64,000 nucleotides of DNA, from NCBI RefSeq assembly GCF_964204865.1, contig NC_135253.1, positions 16,492,001 to 16,556,000 of the forward strand, in the 5' to 3' direction. Below the pieces are notes generated by a model. The model searched no databases. It was not told the origin of the DNA and saw only the letters and a program-made list of their open reading frames with translations. The translations under genes and the position numbers were made by a program. Every line of letters starts with the position of its first letter. Position 1 is the first letter of the stretch. This document shows, one piece after another, positions 1 to 21,291 of this stretch. This DNA is from Styela clava. Lineage: Eukaryota.

Positions 1-3000
1 TATAATAAATATTTTTATTTACAATCATAAAATGAATATTATGCTGATGGAAATGACACCTTTTTCAAAACTTTTACATTTTGGACACATAATTTATTTC
101 ACATAAAAAGAACACATACATAGATCGTAAAATTAAGTCGTAAAATTTCAGATTATCATCATGGTAATGTAATCTAGTTATTTTTATGTTTATCAAACAT
201 TCAACGTGTTTATCTATCTATTCCTCAACGCCAGTCAATAAAACTAACTTCCGTTGCCCAAGGCGCCAAAGTTTATATAAGAGTAAGATATGGGATCAAA
301 CTTGAACTGTATCAGTCTGTTGTTGAATTTATTGATAAAACACACAGAGAGAAGGGAGTGATTTTCTCCCATTTTTTAATCATAGTTTCTGGCGTGGGTA
401 GACAGAGTATATTGAAACATTTCGATTGAAACGGTTCGAAGTTCTTTTTATCGTTATCAAATTTCGTTGAAATCAGCCAACCGACCAGATATCAGTTGAC
501 TTGTGATTCTCCGAAAATACTACGATATCGCCGTCACTAAACAAAAATAAAATAATGAGATTAATAACATGTAATAAGTAGTGATCTACTTGTATATATG
601 ATGAAATTCTAGCGTTTGGCGGAAATAAAAACAACAAACAGTGCGTCAGTGATAGTTAAAACCTCCAGTGACGTCAGTATGAGTCTAGACCCGCGTGTAG
701 AATACTCCTTACAACTTAAACAATAAGCTCCATAGAATCAACGATCTTTTGAAAATCGATTCAATCTGTGGGGAGTGATCACCTGCTGATTTCAACAAAA
801 GCTAAATATAGTACGTCGGCTACGAATTCAGTCATTTTACGGCCTACTTATATTTCTTGGGGATATAATATGATATTGCACGTTATTCTCATTCTGATCA
901 AGGACCTCGCATGGCCCTAGGATACATCCCAACGAAACATAATTCTCTATCCATGGCCCATACCCGGCTATATACTTATATACCGGTATATTTTTAATAG
1001 ATGCCCTGCGTCTTTGCTACGTTACAGTTGATCATTTTATGTGGTTTGAAACTAATCGCACTCTGCAGACTTGCTGTAGCATAATTTATTTGAGCGTGTT
1101 TGCAGAACCGTTGTATGTATACTTTAAAGCAGTTTAAAATTTCTACAAATAAGAGTTTGTAAATTTGTTAAAGTTTGGGAGTCGGAAATCAGCGTTTGCA
1201 ATCAAAATCATTGTGTTTCTTGCATCTTCAACCATATACTTTGCTTAATTGGTGCGATAAAATTTCATCGTACCACCTTACTTTTCTTTTCTCCATTCAT
1301 TAAGCCTGTTTCAAAAGATTAGTTTTAATTGGATTTGTGGTTACGTGGACGTGAGTTAAAGCTCTGGGCTAGACATGTATTAGCGTGGTTTCTATTTTAA
1401 TACATTGAACAGAAACAAAAAACCTACACGCACGATTGAAAAACAATACCAATGTTTTTTCAAGTGAAATCGTTGAAACAGTAAAGCAAGTTAAAGCATG
1501 CATTGGCATTTACTGAACCAAAATTTCTGTGTTTATACCTGGAATGAAAAATGAAATTGCCGACCATACTTCCACCTTTTTTAAACTCATGTTTGTCTCT
1601 ACTACTATTGCATCAAGGGGTGTTATTTTTACGTGTTTCTAACTTTGAAAGGCATTGAAGAACTTATGATAGATTAGATACTTTCAATTCTTTTGATTCA
1701 CTTTGTTTCTTAAGCGAAAGCATGCAATAGGGATGATATGGAAATGTTTGTTCAAACTGATTTTATGGAGTAATATGAAATGTAAATTATGGTAATCGAG
1801 TTTCTCACCATCCGCATAGCATAAATACAAAATGAAGTTTTCCTATTACACATGAACGTTTATGTGACTAATTCCTCACTTCACATTTTCAAATCGGCTT
1901 ACGTAGGTCTGGTATATAAAATTTCTATCAAGACTCATGAAAATTTTATAGCAAACGGTAAAATTTTAATGTGACTCCCGGAAAACGACGTATGATCACA
2001 TTATACAGATTAATTATGCAGCGAATAACCCGCTAAAGCGTGACGAAACTTTCTAGTTTCCGGGAGAGATGGGCAGTTATTTAAAATCGGAATAAGTGAC
2101 AATGGTATAATATTCTAATTCTCATAAATGTTCTTATTAATATCAAAACTAAGTCTGTAATCGGAATAGGTACCGATTTTCTTCGTGTAATCGTATATAT
2201 TGAAATCTCGGTCCTTTCTGCCTTTCATATAGTAAGTACCCCATCTTCGAAACATGGCTGGCTAAGTTCGTTATATGGTAGTTACTCGTGAAAGTCCGGA
2301 CGAAAATGATTAACGATTATAGATGAAGGATGCTTTCAAACATTGACTCCGCTCTACTGAAGCATGATGAAATATTTGCTTCCTTGCACGATCTAAAATA
2401 AGACCGACAAAATTGCGAAGCAAGTGATTTGCTGGTGACTCATTATCCCTATCTGTCTATGAACGACTGTTTTCTTTGAAGATGATCTTGCAAAATTGCA
2501 CGCACGAGAAAACACTGGCAGACTATGGATAATTCTATTTTATTTTTCCCATCCTAAGGGAATCTGTCTCTAAATTGGGTAACTACTTTGATCCGTCCCA
2601 CGATTTTCCTTGTCCGGTGCTTCCGCTGCAGTTGACGTGACCATGTTCAATCAAACCTTTTTAAATATATTTTTGCCAAAAAACATATCTTGATAACTTT
2701 TAATACTAATTTGTTCGAAAATTCAACCATTTTATATTATAAACATTTATTGAATTAATTTCCATCTGGCTCTCAAGCCATTTTTATACTATTAAAAGAC
2801 CGAAGTTTCCTAATCACGTGTCACACACAGTCATTTATTTATGCGATATATCCGAGGGCATCGCCTCTGCCATCTGGAAGACGGGACAGAGTCTTTACTC
2901 GGTTTGTGATTACGAGAAGTCGTTCCTGACAGCCGAATATCGCTTTCGATATTATGAAATATTATAGCTTTGTCTGTGTTTATATTTCTTCGCGACAAGA

Positions 3001-5373
3001 CTAGGGTCGTGATCTCAGTGCTTGCTCAATACAATCAAATCCCCTGTACCATATGTCTGAATTGAAATATTGTGTTGTCGACCGTAAAACAAAAGTCATC
3101 CAACACACAACATTATTATATATGTTCAACAATACAAAAGAATTAAAAGATTCGAAAATAATATGTTTAAAGGGGAATTTAATATACTAGAAGTCGAAAG
3201 GTGACTCCCAACAGCAAGCTCGAATATGTTTTCAGTTCTATTCTATCGATATTTTCAATTGCTATGTGTAATAATCAATGGCGGTGTGGTGTTGTGTACT
3301 CCATTTTCACTACCTATTGTTGTACTATTGTTTCTTCGTCAAGGGTTCACTGGCCAATGTTGTGGTACTTCAAATTTCTATTCAAATGAATCAGAGTATG
3401 TTTCTGACGACAATGTAAAGTAACTTGACAATAAAACCGCATGAATCACACCTACGGCTAATCATCGACTTCCTGGTACACTTCCGTACCGATCGCTTTT
3501 AAACAAATATTCAGTATTTGAAGCAATCCCTCCCTATTTTTAATTGTATGTTATGCATCGTAATTGTTCTATGTTCATTTAACAATACGTTTGTATATGC
3601 AACACTTAAGCTCAATGCTACCAGATACGCACAAGAACGTGGGTGAACGGCGAAAATAGCATCGCCGTTTACTTTGTATTCGAGGACAACTTGTTGCCAA
3701 AGCAATTTTCCTAATCTCCGAGCAATGAATTATTTTAACGATCAGCAGCATTTTGCACACTCTGCTACTTGACTAGTCTTGCATTTGCTTACTCAATGCT
3801 CTCGTGGTATTTACTTTGTACACAATTTCATCATCCGTCAATAACTTGAGCTTTCTCAAATATCAGCGCTCAGACAATTTTTGAAGTTTTGATTGAGTGG
3901 CATCCGATTGAGGATCGTTACTCATCGCGGTGTTGCGATGTTCAGTTCATAGTTTTGGTATGGATAAATCAGCCACATTGAGGTAGGCAGCATTCAAATT
4001 TCATAAAAAAAAATCGTTACTCGATTACAAAATGTACACAAATATGTCTTTGATTCCGCAAAAATCCCGCAATTTTCCATTCAAGTATTGTTCTATCAAT
4101 AAGAGTTTTGTTGACAAAAAAATACATAACGGGTGTTTGCTGATTTTTCCCTAAAATAAGGAACGTCGTTCAATTTTAGACAGAGATGAATGCCAAAAAA
4201 GGCAACACATGAACTCCATGCTTATAGAGATGGGCCCCAGTTGAACTAGCCTAGAACCAAATTTTGGATTAACCGTCAAGTTCAAAATGAAAGTTGTTTC
4301 TCATAAAAGACTTTCGTGTACCGCAAGACCTGAATTGTGCGTCCGTTTAAACGCTGTAAAGAGGTCAGCAAACATTCAACGTATTTCGAACAAGCAAGCC
4401 GCGATGATTTCATACCCACTAGTTACCATTTAGATATTAACAGGATTTCTCTGTCAGCCATTTCGGAAAACGACACTTCTATGAACAAACATCATAAAAA
4501 CCACACCAGGAAATGTCAGATAATTAGCACAACTTCAAACGAACACTTCCAGTCATAAGCCCAGTCATAAGTAGCTTTGGGTATGGAGATGCCGACTAGT
4601 TAAATTTTGTAACCAATACTTATCATTGACACAGTATGATACAGTATTAAACATATATCGTATGTATACCCCACCGGCGTTGCGAAATTTATGTGTGTAT
4701 CGATTTTTGTAGCATTCGTCGATAAAATTCTTCACATAGACAGCTACGGACAGTCTTTGACGCATTTGATAAAACGAGAGATAACAAATTAATTAGGGAA
4801 TGGAGAGGCCTCAATATTTCATTTTTTAATACTTACAGATTTATTTTAGCTTAATTTTTGTAGTGATATATTATAACTCATCATAAATTATATATTGCAA
4901 AAAGAAAAATTAAAGACGTTTCCATACCGAGGTGACACCAACATAAAAGTATCAAATTGGTAGTTGCTTACTTGAAGTCACTTTATGCTGTCCGGATTGC
5001 AATATATTTTGTAAGAAATTCGAGATATTGGGATCGTGTTGGCATCGCAGAGAGATTAATCACGGCTTTTCATTTTAAACATTTTCTATTTTTGGCCATT
5101 GAACGTTTGTAAAATCCAAAGTTGACAAAATTTTGCAGGAGGATGCGCGCGAACAAGTCTCGCGTTTCCAATTACTGGCTTAAAATTACTCACCCCATTA
5201 GCCCTAAACAATGGATCCTAATCTCTAGTGTTCTAACTCGCTTCCTGAGCTAAGATTTAAAGCTTCCAATGGAGAATTTACAGTTTTTTAATAGAATGAT
5301 GTATATCAGCAGTAAATATAAATATTCATTTCTGCTGCCAAAGTTGATATATAAACACAAACTGCACAATTTT

Positions 5374-5588
5374 GGGCGCTCCAGAAGTGTGCGTGGAGTT
5401 ACCTCCAATATGGAGGTAACTAATTTTGTTCGCCTACTTTACATAAAGTTGTGTGAAGGGACGGAAGCCTATGTACAGGGGATATATTCACTTGACCAAC
5501 ACAGGCAGTACCCGAACTCGTAATGGTACTAAAATCGGAATCAAACTATGGCCTAACCCTAACCTGGTACACACCTACGGGAGTACCC
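5374..5588. mobile_element. MITE family A copy (GGG(C/T)(G/A)CTCC termini)
   Basis: Termini GGGCGCTCC...GGAGTACCC flanked by AATTTT on both sides; contains CCTAACCCTAACC. Internal sequence shared with 28492-28662 and 41315-41534. Confidence 0.75.
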
Positions 5589-7379
5589 AATTTTGTCACC
5601 TTAGTGATATTGGCGTTGCTTTGTTATCTCATCAATAAAATGGTAAAGAAATCCGTGACTGATTTATAAAGAAAACGGTATGTCGTGTTTAATAACTCGT
5701 TTAATCTATAAATCTGTGTATAATTTCACTATGGGTGATACTGTGGCTCGCAATTCCCATTATATGTATTCCTTATTATTTCTAACAAATCGTGAACGGG
5801 AGAATTGAAACGGCTTAATTATTTTCCTCTGGTGCATTCTTATTGAACCTCCAATTAATAATAATTTGTTAAAACAAGGAGGCAATTTATCAATATCGTC
5901 TCCCGTCGAATTCAGTTTAGTTATGAAAATATTATAAAATATTTATATGACTCAATAGCAAGCAATAAGTTAAAGCGAATTTTGAAGATTAATACCTCTT
6001 CAATAATACAAAAGCTGTCTGGCGATGACAAAGTGCAGACTAATTTGGATCTCATGAGCCAAGTGAGATTATGGCAATCTGGAAACCGTCTCTTATCTAT
6101 ATCAATTGGTTTGAGAGGAATATTATACATTTTCAACTGTATATTCACATTTTTTTTAAAAGTGTTGCTTTGATAAAAGTCAGCAATAGCAAATTTGACA
6201 AATTGATGGAAAAATTTCACTTAAAATCTACCTTAAATATTGTTGTATTCATTTGGATCCGACACTGCCAATGTGTATGTTATGCAAATGATATTACTTG
6301 TTAAAATTTGAAAGGAAACAAAAGGTATAAACATTGACGCTAATGCAGCTGGTTAGCAAATCGACCTGCTACAAATTAAATGCCGCTTTGTGTACTTTTT
6401 CTGTGGCTTGACTATACACAGCAAATGATAACATCTGACGATTCGCTCGGCCGCTGTCGGGATTGTGGTGTCGTCGCAACGAAATGAGTCAGTACGTGAT
6501 GCTTGTGTAAAAAGCGGTTTATGACTTTCGTTAAAACCACTCACCGGCCTGCCGCCGTTTGACACGTGTTGTACGCCCCATTACTCATTTTAATGCCCCT
6601 AAAACTGCCCATGTTGTTAAATATAGCTTGTTTGCCTTTGAGTTGTAAATTTTTATGTAGACCCTGTATTTACAATACTTACTACTATAAATGAAGAAAA
6701 TTAATAAAAAATTGTGTAATGGTATTGGGAGATGGATGTTCTGCACTCGTGTTCTAGTTTGTCTTTCTTGTAAACATTAAATATAAAGGTTTTTGTGTGT
6801 CCCTATCATGAAATAAATGGTACAAATTGCATGAAATTTTATAAACGCACAGAGGAATATTGTATGCTGAATTTTAAATATATATATGAAAAATAATTTA
6901 GCCCTATGGTGTATTAACTGGATTTTTGAAGTTCAAATTGGGAAACCAGTATTAGGATCAGATTAGGATCAGTCCAACCTGTCCAGACCACGTCTCAAAC
7001 TAGTATCCAAAACCAATAAATCTCTCAAAGATAAGATATTTGATACACTTTTCATGGGTTAATGTCGCTTTGTTATGATCTATTGCAGACCGTGTAATGA
7101 TGGGTTGCCGCCAACCATGAGTCACAGTCTGAGAACAGTATATTGTCTGAAATTGGGGCATCGTATTTATTTAGCGATAGTTACTGTACCAACAATCATT
7201 GGTAAAACTAGCCTTTTGGACTCCACAATGCGTGCTCGTAATTTCAGTCACGTCTATCATAATCCAATATATAGCGCCAGCGTCTAGATATTCATATTTA
7301 CCTTTGCTGTAATATAAATCCCGTTCGTCTCAAACTCAATATTTTCAATAATTGAAAATATTACATTTTTGTTTTACAG

Positions 7380-15613
<8,234 letters not shown>

Positions 15614-17973
15614 AAGACTGTCAACGTTTTTGTTTTCCTCGGCGTAGTTTTCGTTTTGCCTCTTGCTTTAAGCGCGAGATGACCTTGAGCGGCGCGGTAC
15701 TGTGACTGCGACACACTTTTGGGCCGTAACTGTAATTCCCTTACGGTCAACTGAAGACTCTTTTCTCTGTCAAGCAAACATGACGTGGGAAATATATTAG
15801 ACAGACATTGCAAGATCTGTAACATCTGTACAGCCGATGCGAAGAGTATACATACTAAAATGACAGCAATCTTGTTCAATCAAAATAATGTTTTTTGCTG
15901 TTCAAATAAAGCGAGTTTCTGATCACACGAACTTATAAATAATGTCGAGTTTTCAACTATGTTGCGATTCATGAAAGCCATATATATATATACGTACAGT
16001 GCGAGATTTTGATCCAGGCGTTACAATTCTTTTTTCTAATAACATGACATTCATCCACTACAAAATATAAGTAATATTTTTCGCAATTTTGATAAGAGAT
16101 TCAAGCGCTAGCCTAGCTGAGCAGACTCGTGGTGTTGATGTAACGTAATGACTGGTTGCTATAGTCGTTGGCAAAAATAAATTATTGTCACGCAAATTTG
16201 TAAGATCCTTTTTCACTTTTTAAACAGACTCAAAATTTTAAATATGCTTATATTCGAAACTCAATTACAGTTGTACTTATTAATTCATTATCACACATAT
16301 TTCCTTGTACATAACAAAATGCACGTCTACTTTTCATTTGATATGGACATTATTCGTTAAAATAGCAATGTGGATAATATTAAATAAAGTCACATTTTTG
16401 GTTTTATATTCTGTTCAATTCCAGACTTTGGGAAATACATAATGTTGTTAGACGATTCATACCTTGTTCCTTTTATTTTTTGAACTGACTTACAATTGTA
16501 TCAAACTATTATTTATCATTTTTTGTTTTTTTTGTGGCTAATAAATAATTATATTGCAACTACTTGTTTTGTATAGCGTTGAATTCAGTGACTGACACTT
16601 TGATAACTTGTGTTAATGTTGGCTCAGTACCATATATATATATATATATTTATACTATAAACCGAGATGGCGAACCTTTTAAATGAATAGATCAGTCGGT
16701 CATAGATATTTAATTAGTTACAAACTTGCTGTTGCAATTTGTCTTGCAAATTTTATAATCCACGGTTGGTATGGTGTTGTGTTGGCATACAGCATTTATA
16801 TCAGGATTGAGGCAATTTCCGGTACTCGATTTTTAGAATATCATGTTCATGTGCAAAATTTAAAATCATGGTTTCGCATACCCATGAGTTACTGAAAGCC
16901 GTTAATGATGCTGCGGCAAATTTGTTTTAATGATTATTAAAGAGTTCGAAAGGGAATTATACTCAGAGATAGTCGACTTGAGTCTATAAAATTAGTTTCC
17001 GGAGGGGCATTGCGTGCGGGATAATAATAAACTGCAAAGTAGCATCTAATTCTCGCATCTCGTGTTTCATACACTCCCAAAACGAAACCCAGTACAAGAC
17101 GTTGCAAGATATGAATAGGTCGACTGTATTGTTATGTCATAAACGATGTAACTGCATTTTTGCTAGCCTCCTCAAAGAAGATTTTCATGTCGACATACAG
17201 GGCGTCTAAAATGGAGGATTTTAAAAATTACTATACCGCGGCTAGGAAAGTTTCTGCTGTGGCCTTTGAAGCATTCGCCGCGATTGAAACGCTCGTTGAA
17301 AATGGTCGCGTTTTTCTTGCTTTTGAAAATGTAAAATCCACGGGCGGTAATAACTTCTAAAATGTCTTGCCATATTAATCGCATTCAACGTAAATGATCG
17401 ACGACGCTAATATATAACGATTTTATCCCATCTACGATCCCGAGGAATACAATTCATTCGGATAGATAGAATATAAAATTCATTACATATACATTATAAT
17501 GTAGATTGCATTTCATCATGATCCGGAATTAAATCGTGGCGAATAATTTAACAGAGTTTGTTTATACCTTACAATAGGTGAAAGGGAACATTGGGTGCGA
17601 AGTAAACGTTTTCCATCTATCGTTTTTGTTGCGTAATGTTAGAACGAAGTTCATAATGTCTCAGAAGTCGGCTTTCGATATAGCTTCCTGTATTACAACA
17701 ATGTTTTCCCCTTGCACCGACTTAAACGTTGCAAATTACTTCATTGGAATGTTATTACTACTTTAGCTCAAATTCATTTCCAAAATACCCATCCCTAAGA
17801 ATCTTCATTTACTATTTCGGTATTTTTTTATTTGGGATCCGAGCCGACAATGTTAGTGGAGCATATCATACATCATAAATGCGTACATAGGACGTGAGTG
17901 CATGAATTTTCCAACCAAAAGATTCGCGAATGTGGGCTTGCCCAACGACAACACCTTCATATCACAGATAACG

Positions 17974-18631
17974 CGGTCTTACTACTTACTGAATACAGCG
18001 CGAAACACCGTAAAGAGCGCAAAACAGTGTGGAAATAGCGCAAAACAGAGGGAAACAGTGTGAAGCGGAAAAAAAATTTTGCAACGAGTTCGGGGCACCT
18101 TGTTTTGAGTTGGAATACCACGGCAGCAAATTAAAAACACAAACCAACGTATGTAGCCAGAAAAGCTGTAATGGCAGGTCTGCCCCTGCTGGTAACACAT
18201 TTTGGGTACCATAATTTAGAACATTTTTCATATGGATATGGCTGGCTTTAGGGTTAGGTAAAACGGGACCTCCAGAAGTATGTGCACCAAGATGGCGCAC
18301 AACCTGAAAATAGTACCGGTACGTGTGTGTGTGTGTGTAGCGGATTCAGGTTGTGCGACATATTGCTGCACATACTTCTGGAGCACCAAAAAGGTAGATA
18401 AAATTTCGCATGATGACCTATAATCTGGTACATAACCTTGTAAATATGCCGGAAATAGTGCCATAAAACCATGTCGCGAGTCGCCATGGTTCTTTCGTGG
18501 CAGGAGGTGGTAATGACAGCGTCTCCTGTTTTGCGCTGTTTCCCTCTGTTTTGCGCTGGTTTCCTTCTGTTTCGCGCTGTTTTCCTCTGTTTTGCGCTCT
18601 TTCGCGCTGTTTTCAGTAAGTAGTAAGACCC
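17974..18631. mobile_element. Foldback (Mutator-like) element with tandem-repeat TIRs
   Basis: TIR GGTCTTACTACTTACTGAA followed by arrays of GCGCAAAACAGAGGGAAACA-like units in inverted orientation at both ends. CAGATAACG direct repeat at 17965-17973 and 18632-18640. Confidence 0.85.
18265..18387. mobile_element. MITE family A copy nested in the foldback element
   Basis: CTCCAGAAGTATGTGCACCAAGATGGCGCACAACCTGA...TCAGGTTGTGCGACAT...CACATACTTCTGGAG with a central (GT)n. Confidence 0.8.
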
Positions 18632-19446
18632 CAGATAACGCGTTAAAAGGAATCAATAAGCCTGTCGCCCCGATCATTTCTCAGTGGGTGACCAGTAGCA
18701 GTTAACGGCACACACGACCGGTCATCTGTCGCGCTGCGTTTGCCTGGATCTGTTGAGGGATGGTTAACTTTAATCAACTCATTTTGCAACTTACCACATT
18801 GCATGTTTAGTATCCCCATACCGAGTTTATCAATTTCCCACATGCTAGAGGTAGTAGGTAGATATTCTAGTGCATGTAGTTCCACCTGAAGTTAGGTATA
18901 GTTCTTCCAGAACAGATGAAATCATATCTTGATAAATTTTAAACCTTCCCGCCACGTCCTGTCATCGTTCTTCGTCGGTCATGGGAATGCCCGAAACACC
19001 AGAGTCAGAGTCAGAGTCAAGTTTATTTTTCCATCCAGTAAAGAAAGTTAACATGCAAAATTAAGACGAATAAATAATATTGAATGCACATCTCACTGGG
19101 GAAGGGAAGCCGCGGGGAACCAAAGCTGGTTATCAAGCAGCGACACCCAGGTGGGATGGATGGGCTGCAAATTACAACTTTGATTAAAAACTTCAACGAA
19201 ACGATTTTATAACATTTCCATCATGAACATATCGACATATGACGAAATTAACTTTTGAATATTGGCTATTTGGATTTATAATAAAAATATACGTTACTGA
19301 AACGTTTCGCTGCGCGTGGCACATTTGTTGACCTTTCACAACTTCAAATTATTGCGTCATAATTACGACGTATAATTAACGAAATACAATGTAATAACAT
19401 GTTGTTATGTGTTACCCTTATCAGTTGAGAACTAAATTCCCGAATA

Positions 19447-21160
19447 ATGAACCAGATAAGACATTTCCTGTTGGTACGCAAGTTTCGTCTGGTTTGTTAT
19501 AATTGTGAATTTAATTGGCTTTATTTCTCTATTTCGTGCACGTGATGAAAGGAGGGTAGTCTCGAAGCAGAACTCGTGACTCTCTCTTGCCGTTTATTGT
19601 AAGCCTGTCGGCTGATATTTTCTTACTCCTTGTACTGGGTATTGTATGAGTTAGTATATATAAGCTTACCCATTTTATATCAATACAGCTTTACTGGTTT
19701 TGAGTCGATCAAGTCCAAGTACTATCGCGTATTTCAGTATTTTGGCCCACGCCTCATTTAATTGGGTTTGTGTTTTTGTATGTGTGCTGGTGGGCTGGCA
19801 CATGATATTTTTCATGTTTTAAACTTTTTCATAGGTTTTGCTTGCCCTCCAGAATTCTCCATTTTTAATTTATGTTTGTTATGGAGTTACAGCCGTATCT
19901 ATCTACAGATCTAAGTACTAAGGAAAAAAAGAGGTTATCAAACTGCTGACAGACTGAACTAGGAATTGGTTTGGCTGTTGGATTATGACCATAACGTATT
20001 AAATGTTATACTGTTATAGCCTAAAAGATTTTATTTCATAAATCTGTTTTCAGCATTGATTTTGTCTGTATATTTTATGTGTAATTGAAAAGTTGGTGCT
20101 GCTCATAGTACCGTACGGTACCGGTACTCCAAATAAATATATGTTATACCTACACGTTTAATAGTATTTCATACAATTTTTTGTATTGCTATAGGCGATA
20201 CTACGAGCATGCATGTACAAACGTCTCTAAGATCCAACTGCTCAAAAGTGTTCGATGCGTAACTGAAGGTATAATTCCGTATTCTGGTATTCAATACATT
20301 CTGATATTGGTGAATGATAGAAAACATTTAGTCTGCTTTGTTGGATGAAGTTGATAAATGATGACGAATTTTTGAATTCATCAGTTTGACTTGATTCTCT
20401 CAATCACAGCAAAAATATGTTAAAATTGTTAAACTTTATTTAACTCAGTTTTTAAATATCATTATTACAGAAGGTAAACCTGCATTTACGGCATTTTTCG
20501 TTAATTCTCAAAAACATTGAAAAAACTACTATTATGCTTTTAAACGAAATCACAATATTAAATATTAGGAATCAGTTTTTCTGACAATATTTATTCATTG
20601 TCTTTTAGTGTCAACGATCTGATTGGCGAAACATTCAATTCGACAGGTACAGGCAAAACTGACAATGCCTAGTTATGTCTTGAGTAGTTGGATGGGTTTT
20701 TCCAATGCAAAATTTATTGCTTGACCCAATTACGTGATGACTATAGTAAATGCTATCTTATTTCCTTTACAAATATGTGTCAAATGGTTTATGCTGATAT
20801 GGCTAAATCAGATTTCCACTTCTTTAATTTTGAACTATTTTAACTTCAAGGTGAAGCATATTTCTTCATTGCAGTATTGGAAATAGAATAGAAATATGTT
20901 CGAATGACTCTGTAGATAGATAACTGAATCATGGGGTTAATTTGAGAAGATTTATAAAAAAAAAAATTTATTTCCTTCCAATTTGTGTGATTTATTTTGA
21001 AATATATGAGTTAAAGATATTAGTGTTCTCATTTGATTTTTTTGCATTTATTAAATATCAATGTGACTTTCTCTTACAAAGTTTCTTTTCTACTACACAG
21101 AAATGAATCCTTGCTCAAGACAATTGGAACTTTTATCTACCGTCGAATCGTAAACTAAGG
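19447..21160 (+). other. Putative multi-exon transcript upstream of RBM39 (5' UTR exons, micro-peptide gene or snoRNA host)
   Basis: Series of pyrimidine-tract/AG acceptors and GT donors: donor after 19473, exons ~19835-19933, 20195-20268, 20609-20646, acceptors 20850 and 21100. Only short ORFs. Confidence 0.5.
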
Positions 21161-21291
21161 TTTATTAGTTTTGTTAAAAATTCATAACATATTCTGCTAT
21201 TTTTCTTTTATCTTATCCTAAATCTCATTGAAGTTCATTTTGAATAGAAGTACATATTTCTGAGTATTTTATAAGTACCTAGATTAAAGAT

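Noticed and set aside
1-7379. Short ORFs and a search for TRIM9 RING/B-box exons
   Set aside because: No recognisable motifs; treated as intron.
17982-18677. Overlapping ORFs with SAKQRET repeats
   Set aside because: Translation of the foldback minisatellite and nested MITE.
21233-21247. GTTCATTTTGAATAG upstream of RBM39 resembles the ascidian spliced leader (ATTCTATTTGAATAAG as I recall it), a possible retroposition relic
   Set aside because: Similar TATTTGAAT matches occur at unrelated sites (about 30405, and 52182-52191 on the minus strand), so chance in AT-rich DNA is likely.
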